DNA of 62,185 nucleotides, the filler included, from Choristocarpus tenellus KU-1152 (Eukaryota > Protista > Phaeophyceae): the NCBI GenBank assembly GCA_964200185.2. It is 5 parts of 5 records of this genome, joined end to end, with 100 filler letters (N's around TTAATTAATTAA, not from the genome) between each part and the next. Parts side by side here need not be neighbours in the genome. Positions count along the whole stretch, not along the records: positions 50,178 to 59,311 come from CAXNAD020003955.1; positions 59,412 to 62,185 come from CAXNAD020024864.1; 3 more parts are not named here. One strand, 5' to 3'. A model generated the notes under the pieces. The model worked only from the letters and a program-made list of their open reading frames with translations, ran no database searches and was not told where the DNA came from. Made by a program: the position numbers and the translations under genes. Positions 53,601-62,185 of this stretch are shown here, piece by piece (within the stretch, counting starts at the first letter, position 1; each line of letters starts with the position of its first letter).

Positions 53601-54007
53601 TGCGCCTGCCACGTCCATGACAAATTGGGTCACAAAGGTCTCCCTGGCGATGCTGTCACCGAGAAAGATAGAGTTCGTTAGGTGTTCTCCAGGGCCATCC
53701 AGGATCGAGTAACCAACCTTGTCGGCAGTACCAAGGCAAGAATTTTCGAGGGTATGGGATTTTCGTTAGACTTCTTCACCCAATCAATGGGCAGAACACA
53801 AGAGGGCAGTATTGACCAAGAGAGATCTTGTCTACAGGCTTGGGTAAACTCTACCTTGCAGGTTAGGTCGACGTAGTCCGTACTTGAGAAGCGAAGGGCG
53901 GTGGCGTTGGCGCTCTTCATGTTCTGCACCATGTCAGCGCTGAGGGAAAGGTCGATCGACGAAACCCGTGCCATAGCAACGAGTAACCATATAACCAAAA
54001 TCCACAT
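50672..54007 (-). CDS. Secreted or cell-surface protein with repeated SEA-like modules, 3' truncated by contig end
   Basis: Exons 54007-53855 (signal peptide MWILVIWLLVAMARVSS), 53717-53532, 52176-51929 and 50903-50672, with consistent phases. Repeated motif F..DVAGA....SRV.V...V...FRL. Confidence 0.75.
50984..51246. mobile_element. MITE family A copy (contains a 9-N gap)
   Basis: GAGCCAAAGTATCTCAGAGGGTA...TACCCTCTAATATACTTTCACTC. Confidence 0.87.
51393..51650. mobile_element. MITE family B copy, TSD ATCT
   Basis: GAGTCAAAGGAAATAAGAGGTGC...GCACCTCTTGTTACTCTGACTC, flanked by ATCT at 51389-51392 and 51651-51654. Confidence 0.82.
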
Positions 54008-54352
54008 TCGCGAATACTCTGACCAGCATCGCATCCTGTTGGATACAGTGCCACACACTGGTCCAAACGCTATCCCCAGGCAGCTGAGGTATCCAACCTC
54101 GTTACTTTTTTCGATGTCTGTTGCAGACTGTAGCGAACCCAGAAGGTACTGCAAGTACAGTTACACTCCGCACGCTACGAGAGCTGCATCTGAAGCTCTG
54201 GAGCGACGCAGCATGGTTTGAGCCAGCTCAGACAATCTACCAACTTGATTTGCAAGCCCTTTTGAGGAAAGGTACACTTGGTATGAGAACCCTGGTGGAT
54301 CACTTCGCGTTACGGGCTAGTATTTGATTGCTACTGTGACAGTATCATAGTG

Positions 54353-56794
54353 ATGCGGGGTTTACAGCAACTTCTCGAGGTCTTCCTTCCTTGGGGCAAC
54401 CGCGTTATCATCCTTGTGTCTGTCCTCTTGTTGCTCCTCATCTCAGGGATCAGCCCAGACGTTCCCCTGTCTCAGAGCACACTGTGGATCCTTCACCTCA
54501 TCGCCTTCAGGTTAACTTCTGATCCAGCTCTAAGCGTGGTTTTGTGCACGTCTTTATTGCAGGGGTTCCATGTGTTGAGGGTCTCGCTTTTGATAACGTG
54601 ATGTTGAACCTCCTCTAGCACCTTACCCCATGAAGAAAAAATGAATATTGTGCGCTGTATTGTGGATTGACTCTCACAAATTGACGTGGTCCCCTCCCAT
54701 CCTCCCTTCCTCTATTCGACACATATATAACAAATGGACGTACGTACTCAAACGTTAGCTCATGGTTTGGAGCCACAGTTTGGGTCACATTCGTCGCAGG
54801 AATTGTTCTCCTGAATGCAGTGGATAGGTAAGGCCTTGCATGGCCACCTTCACTATGCGGAGTTAAAAATTTTGACCTCAAATATACTGTTCTCGGAGCA
54901 CAGATATTGTGGATGGGGGGAATGCGATAGGCATTCCTTTTGTTTAGCTTTTCAATTGAGCTTGAATATATATGTAGGTCAATCTCCACGTGACAATGCT
55001 TCCATCTTCGACAGGAGTCTGTGCCTGCCTTGACCGCCACACACCTTCACCCCGACTTCCTTTTTGTACACAGGGATACCTTTGGAAATGCTCAGGCCAA
55101 GCTGCTCGATGCCTTTTTCCGATTCAGTTTCTTGTTCCTTGCTTTCAGCATTGGCTCTGCAGTAGCTTTGAAGGGCGCCACCACGGTGCAGACGACCGAT
55201 GAGGCAGAACGTTCTCCTCTTCTCCCGGCCTGCAAAGCCCTAGGGGTGGCCCTGATATGTGTTCTGGCCAACCTCGTATGGATCGCACCTAAGACGACCA
55301 AGATCATGTTTGAGCGCCGACGCCTATGCAAGGAGCTAGGAGTGGATAGGAAGGACCTTAATCCAGAGGTGGGTTCAGGTTGGGTTTGGACTTAAGCACT
55401 GAATTAGGTTTGAATGCTCTTTGGGGAGGAAAGGGATAAGAGGGAAAAAGTGGTGGAGTAGTGTTGACTTGGCGAGTTTGTTGTTGGTTCAGGTCATCTG
55501 TGACGGTGCATCCACGTTCTGAATGGGCAGAAATTTTCGTCGCTGGTAGAAATATTTCCATCCCTTTTTGACCAACATGGTGTGTGAGACTCTTGGTGTA
55601 TCTCATATATCCATCTAATGTCCATTCCCTATGGTAGTCCTCTCGCAATATTGGTGAACCTCTGTACAAGATCTGAAGTCTTCCCGAGATTCCCTTCAAG
55701 TTTCTCTGCAGTATGCAAGGTTTGCTTTTGAACATAATCCTGGTCCCCATGTGAAATATATGGAGGGTGTGTTGATGTTGTGTTTAAAGTATTATAGGTG
55801 GCACATGGGGTTAAATTTGTGTTTTCTGGGAAGGGCAGTGAGGTGCAGAGAGGAAGGCATCATGTTGTCACCATATTTGTACCTTCCACTTGTCCCAAAG
55901 GTAGCTGTGGTAAAATTTCTATTAATGAGGGTCAAATTCCTCAAACTTTCTGTCTGTTAGACAAATTTGTCTTTTTCATGTCATGGTCAGGATAAAAATT
56001 AGTAATCTGAAATCGTGCAACATCATATCTCCCCCTTTCATCCCTAACCTCAATACCCTTCCTTCCTTGATGACCCAACCTCATCCCATTGGTTCCAAGT
56101 CTCTTTGGGATTGGAAACAATACGGTAATCTGAGTGAACTGTGATAGACCTGGATAGTTTTTGAGTCATTGTGAATTTAAAGCACCCCTCATAGATCGAA
56201 TGCTATAGAGCAGTGTCGTTATTTCTTGCAGACAGTATCTGTGTATCACATTTATCAACAATACTCTATATTTGTTTTTTCCTTTAAGGGAGTAGTGTCC
56301 TCACCTACTGATCTAACCCTAACCCTGACCCAAGATACAACCATTGCTCGTTTTATGCTAACATACTGCTTTATGTTGGACCTCTGATGTTTTGGCTTAT
56401 GTCTACCTCTATGATACCCCTGCTAACTCTGCTTCACAAGCCACCCTTCATCACCTTTCTGTTTGTGTACAATTGTACAATCTGTTTACTGGTGTGCCCC
56501 TTAGCAAGGAAAGTATTATGGGAGGAAGAGTAATATCAAGCCTTTCATGGTTGGATTCTCTCCTTAGTCACCCGGTGGTGTTGACAAATTATCAGGCACT
56601 CTAACCCCTTCCACTTCCTCTGAAGGGCACGGACTTAACACAAACATATATATATTTTACTTACTGTGAACTAGGTACGAAAGATATCCAAGAAATTTGG
56701 AATGTTCCATGGTGTGTCAAGCCTGCTCAGCCTGGTGGCAACGGGGTGTGGGATCGTCCATGCCTGTGCCCTAGAGGGATATTTCAGGGCATGA
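54353..56794 (+). CDS. TMEM205: TMEM205-like (DUF4149) membrane protein, about 213 aa
   Basis: Exons 54353-54510, 54759-54827 (WFGATVWVTFVAGIVL), 55074-55368 (RDTFGNAQAKL; NLVWIAPKTTKIMFER) and 56675-56794 (KKFGMFHGVSSLLSL). Confidence 0.88.
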
Positions 56795-57147
56795 TAGTAT
56801 TTTCTTTTTTGTCGTTTCATCAATGTGGCAGTAGAACATGAGCTAAAATCGACTTCGATCAATTCTTGCCTCATGCAAGAATGTTATTGTGTATCAACAG
56901 CAGAATGGAGTAGACAAACAAAAAATACCTTTGAGGCATGTATGAGTACATCAATGAGTGCTGTGGATGTGCTGCAATTTCCTGTGCAAAGAAATATCAA
57001 TTCCCTTGGGTTAGTATTCTAACTTCCATTGGTAGCAAACTGGCAATGAGGTCTTGTCTGACTTATGCTCTCAGGACTGACTTTGTGGGGTTGAATCAAA
57101 GTTTCAGTCTTGGACTGGATATTTCATTTTTCGAAGCATACCACTGT

Positions 57148-59125
57148 CTAGTCTAGCCAGTGATGCTCATTCTGGTGTGGAGCATTGTTGGTGCTAGCTA
57201 GGTCCTTCCATTGACTGTATGGTCCTCTCTGGTATTCAGTAAGTAGTTCTCCCACCTCTGGACGTTCACAGTTTTGAGGTAGTATGACCATGATATCCTC
57301 ATGCACATCTTCCACTAGCTTTTTTCTGAGATCCTGCCCCAAGGCCTTTATGATATCCTCCTTCCCTATGTGTAGCTACAAGTCTTGGTGATATTCTTAT
57401 GTGGATGATCCCCATCCTTCATCTATAGGCTCACTGATGTCTCCAACAAGTCGACCTCACAGTCCCTCACTCTCTTAACTTCTTGGGCACCCAGATGTAA
57501 ATATATTTCTGTGGCTGTTACTTTTGGGTCACATGGACATCTTGGTCATGTGTGTACCACGATTAATGCTCCACAAGCCACGCCTGCAGTGAGCTTTTCA
57601 TAGTTGTTTGCTCTTGCACCATCCCCAACCCTAACTATTTTTCTGTAAACTTGCCAACTACCAATTGAGATAGGAAATAACCTGAGTTGTAATTGTTCCA
57701 AACAAGATTCCTCAGTATACCATCATTTCTTCACAATCACTGTTCCTGTTTCAAACACTGCAATGAGTAAGTTAGAGGTCAGGTGTATTGCATGGCAGAG
57801 TTTTGTTGGCTGAACTTGAAAATGCCCAAACTACCTGCTTTTCAGCTGTCCAGGAAAGTGTGTGGATTTGGAGCAATATGCAAGCTACAAAAATTTAACC
57901 ATGATACGATATTATGAGGGGGCACCTGTACACTGGTGGCAGACTCTTTCAAGATCAGAAGAGTTAAGAAGAGTTGAAAAAAAATGGTGTGATCTAATAG
58001 ATTACAACAAAAATCCTTTATCTTTCTCCAAGCAGATAACTAATCTCCTCCAACTGTTCATTAACGGCGCATGCAAGTACTCCAAGTCAGCAACACAAGA
58101 TCAGGATGATCAACTTCACCCCAACAACACCAGTAAAGTAAATTTTGTTTCTACAACCACTTATTGATTTTTTTTTTCTCATGTTAGTTTATCTTTCCCA
58201 ATAACTCACCATCTGGAGGTCAAGCCAGTAACGACATATTTTGATGGAATTAATCATATTAATCACTCTTGGAAGCAAAGTATGCACATCCCATCATATT
58301 TCTGCTCACAGCGGAAGACAAAATTGACAGCAACAATATCCCTCCACCCCCCTACCCCCAGTGTATCAGTGTATCCCCCAAAACACACCACAATCTGCAA
58401 CTATCTCCACAGCAATCATTGTTATATTGCACTGCCAATGCCAGCAAACATTTTTTGTGTGCTGGCAATTGCAATGATCGCTAGAAAAGCATGGTGCATC
58501 CCTGTGAAATCACGTCCAGTCATGCTTGAACGCAGCCACAATCAACACTATGACAAGCCTCAGAAAAGGTTTGCTGTACAGTGTATGATCAGTATTGGCA
58601 ATACCAGTCAACAGAATAGCCCTTCCTGTAGTAGTGCAAATAGGTGCATCATCTTCTTACATCTCTCCCTACAGAACACACATAACTGAGCCCGAAATGA
58701 TCCAAACCAGGCTTCTCACCCTCTACAACATTTGTGTCAAGCACGCTCATTCTTGAGGTGTCAGGCAAGGGGATAGCCAATGGCCACTCTCAAAAACCCC
58801 ACATCTAGGTGGATCACTATGGAAATATGCATGTAGGACTGCCACAGGAGGCGTGCATGACCAAAAATACAAGCACCAACACCTCCTTTACTCTCTGCAA
58901 AGGAACAAACTCACCAAACAAAAGTGCGTGGGTTGGTCTCCACCAACCCCTCTCCTTTACATTTGGTCGCACAGAGCGAACATACTCTGTGCACAATGAC
59001 CAGTTGGAGGGAGGCCAAGGGGGGACATGCCAGCTGTTCACAATAGCAGATGGCCCTACCACAGCCCTTCACCTCACCTTTCCCTTCCATAGCCCAAGTA
59101 CTTCCAATTAGCCCAGTTCCTACCT
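57148..59125 (-). CDS. 3' part of an unidentified spliced gene
   Basis: Probable last exon ~57363-57148 (KEDIIKALGQDLRKKLVEDVHEDI...HHWLD-stop) after a CACATAG acceptor. Exon-like segments near 58900-58985 and 59078-59120. No family recognised. Confidence 0.4.
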
Positions 59126-59311
59126 ACACCACTTGTATGGACCAACCACACTATCTCAAGCAATGAAGTCAATACATGTGTGCAAAGATAGGAAGACATG
59201 AAAAAAAAGAACAGTGGACAAGCACACACAAATTTATCCCAGCAAGCAAAATAAAGTGGGAATTTAGTCAAGGACAAAGGGTGATCAAACAGGGTGGGTG
59301 GGTAGGGACAC

Positions 59312-59411
59312 NNNNNNNNNNNNNNNNNNNNNNNNNNNNNNNNNNNNNNNNNNNNTTAATTAATTAANNNNNNNNNNNNNNNNNNNNNNNNNNNNNNNNN
59401 NNNNNNNNNNN
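59312..59411. other. Artificial contig spacer
   Basis: Ns plus TTAATTAATTAA. Confidence 0.97.
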
Positions 59412-60467
59412 AATCAACAGTCAGTGTTGACTGGTGGAACTGTATCGTATCAAGGAACAAACAGATGAGTAGCCTATGTTTTAACAAAAGGTAGACTAAG
59501 TCAAGCACAACAATAGAGTGCATATTGTGCCTTGATATTGTCACTTGTTCTATTACGGACACATACCGAAATCCAGAGGTTATTTAAGGATAGGGCCAGG
59601 GTTTCGATGGAGGACTACTACGCCCCATATGTCAGTTGTTGTGCTGTTGGGTTACCTCACATTCTGCAGCGTGCGATCTGGACTTGGCAAGGACGAGCAG
59701 AGCGACGGTGAGGAGGGCATACTTTCTTGTAGAGAATGATATTTGAAAAAAGAAGTGAGGGAAAAGGAGCGAATGGGGACTCAAACCATGGAAGTAGATG
59801 GGAGCAAACGTGGATGTGATGTTGGAATCGAGAGGTAAGATCGAAGAGGGGGAAAAACCTAGAGCCCTAGTCCCTGGACGGAAATTTTGAAGTGTAGTCA
59901 GCAAGAGTGGTTGATGAGTTGTAGGAGCATATCGAGGATACAGGGTGGAGAATGAGTGGAATTGGAGGTGTGCTAACCAGAAAAGAAAATGGCAGCTTGG
60001 GGAATTGAGGATAGAGATGCGAAGAACTATTCAAGAAGCTGGAGGAACTCGTGATATGGAGAGGGGAGTCAATGGGATCAATCAGTTTGGGGGGGAGTAC
60101 CGTGGATCTATCAGAGGTTAGTTTCATAAATAGCATAGAAAGAAAGTTAGGGGAGAACCAGAAGTTATGAAAGCCATGAAAGAACGACGTAAGAGGAAAG
60201 ATTTGATTTTGCCTACTACACCTCTAGCCGTGTTTAGGCACGTCAAGCCATGATTAGGGGGGAGCTAATGAGGGCGAGATGCTTGTGACCCAAAAATGCA
60301 TATCGCAGCCTGAATTGTGTTTAATGTTTGTAGAATAGTTGGTAGGGGATGAGACCACAGAGATGTTGCCCTACTACGTGGAAAATAGATTCAGATGATT
60401 GGATGTAGGAGTAATAATAAAGGAGGAATGTATTTGATCAGATTCTATTCAACTTTAAGTGTGAAGT

Positions 60468-60725
60468 GAGCCAGAGTATCTTAGAGGGCAGGGCCGTGTC
60501 CATTTGGGGGCCAAATTCCAATGTTGTGATTTTGATGTAATTTTGGTCGTCGTGTTTCTTATGAAGAGTCAATATCCATATTCTGGACACACCTTTTCAT
60601 AACATACACATTTTACCTACTACTAAACGTCTTGGAATAGGAAAATGTCATTTAAAAAAAATGAGAAGCCAAGCCCCAAATGGACAAACAGGGCAAAACT
60701 CGTACCCTCTAAGATACTTTCCCCC
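60468..60725. mobile_element. MITE family A copy, TSD AAGT
   Basis: GAGCCAGAGTATCTTAGAGGGCA...TACCCTCTAAGATACTTTCCCCC, flanked by AAGT at 60464-60467 and 60726-60729. Confidence 0.88.
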
Positions 60726-61669
60726 AAGTTGATGTCGTGAAGTATTTTTTGGAGGTTGCCATTACAAGGGACTTGGAGCCAACGAAGCAGCTCTGTCGAT
60801 ATGGGTGAACAGTCGGTAGCACATGTACAGAAAAGGTGGAAAGAAGCATGGGTTTGGGAGGCAAGGGCTAGGGCAGGGCAAGTTTCATGACCAAAGAGAA
60901 AAGCAACTTCGGACAAGCTGACCCAGAACAGATCAACAGAGGAAATTATGTATGTTTATGCCCAAACTGTGTGGCCAAGCACCTAAACAGGTAATGTTCA
61001 TTGGTTGTGGTGTGTTAATCATATTCCTCGGGCACATGACGACACAAGAAGATCGCAATATCGTTGGTTCTGATGATTATGGTGGAGTCATCACACATCT
61101 CTCTAGAACAAACTCAATAGTACTGTGTATCACATTTGAACAATTTGTGAACAATTTCATATTCTACAGTTGTTGTTCCAGGATATATGGGAGGTGTTGA
61201 AGATGTAATGCTATTGTCGAAATTAAGGGAAAAATCGGTTCTGGCGAGGACCAGTGGAACTGCACCAGTGTGTAATCGCGACCAACCTCGACCAATTTTA
61301 AGGGCTACCCTTTTATGGCAAATTGTTTATACTAGAATAGTATCTTGATAAAGGTAAGAACGTGGACACAACATGTATATTTTTAATACTAATATTTCAG
61401 AGAAAGTCAGTGTTCCTTATATAAGAGAGGTCGATATAATAAGAGAAAACGGTATATAAGAGAGGGTAAATTGCCTTGTCGCGTCTTTTCAGGCTATAAG
61501 AGAGGTTTTGACGTTTTCCTACCAATTCTCTCTCATGTTTTTATTATTATGCCCTCTGACATTTTGCAGATGTGTCAGGGGGGAAACCAAGGAAAACTAT
61601 ACACATCGTCAGTATAAGCCCTAAAGAAATAAAATGTCATAAATGTGACAAACCCTAATCCATTTGTTA

Positions 61670-62185
61670 CTTCGCCACTATCTATGTTGTACTACTGCCC
61701 TCCTGTGCCTCCAATCTACCTATACCTGTGCCCTGGGAGGAGCTAGGGAGGCATCACAAGAATCCAATAAAACCCTCCGTGCCCATCTCCCTGGTGATTC
61801 CAGCTTAAAACGCATGGCACGTCTAGACAGTGCCACTTGCGTAGTTATCGAGACAATTTGGTGTAGCCGGGATTTAACTACTCCTTTCCTACAATATCCT
61901 CCAGTTCCTCCCCCCCCTACCATGTGAGTAGCTATCTCATCCAGGAAGCATTCCGCTTGCTTGCTGAGGTGCCCAAAACCTTCCACCGCGAAGGTGTTGA
62001 GGTTATAACTACGAGGATCAAAGGAGTCCTCGTAGTGGTGCACTTTCTCGCCTTGGCTGCAGCAGCAGCTACACCATTGTTGGCGGATGAGTAGGAAAAG
62101 TGGGAGGTTGCCTGTACCTCTGTGAAGGTGACGTCAAGTAGAAGGCCTTTGTCACTGTAGGGACTGTTCCAGCATCCGCCAGCGC
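61670..62185 (-). mobile_element. 3' end of a CRE-like non-LTR retrotransposon (restriction-like endonuclease region)
   Basis: Open frame LLDVTFTE...AAAAAKARKVHHY...FAVEGFGHLSKQAECFLDEIA...LHQIVSITTQ. This fits the D-VT...AA...K..Y...E.FG pattern of RLE-bearing retroelements. A second copy lies at 49170-49525. Confidence 0.72.

Overview
Eukaryotic, intron-rich nuclear DNA. It is most consistent with a photosynthetic stramenopile such as a brown alga or relative (inference from intron density, a bipartite plastid-targeting peptide and CRE-like repeats). The window is not one locus. It is five contigs joined by artificial 100-bp N spacers carrying TTAATTAATTAA (1-16590, 16691-19994, 20095-50077, 50178-59311, 59412-62185). 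Most ORFs in the six-frame track are spurious. By splicing exons by hand I recover: a partial ferlin (16 exons, minus strand), a partial Arc1p/EMAP II-type tRNA-binding protein, a probably plastid-targeted NYN-LOTUS-SAP-LOTUS nuclease, an ATG8 ending directly in Gly, a TMEM223-like gene head-to-head with mitochondrial ribosomal protein bL27, a CAMK-type kinase with a long N-terminus, a secreted protein with repeated SEA-like modules head-to-head with TMEM205, and the 3' part of an unidentified gene. Repeats include at least two and possibly three ~250-bp MITE families with GAG...CTC termini and 4-bp TSDs (Sola2-like), CRE-like non-LTR retrotransposon fragments, and a triplication of a ferlin exon end together with its donor site. 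I see no prokaryote-type system, CRISPR array or RNA gene. All exon models and family assignments come from manual reading, with no searches run.
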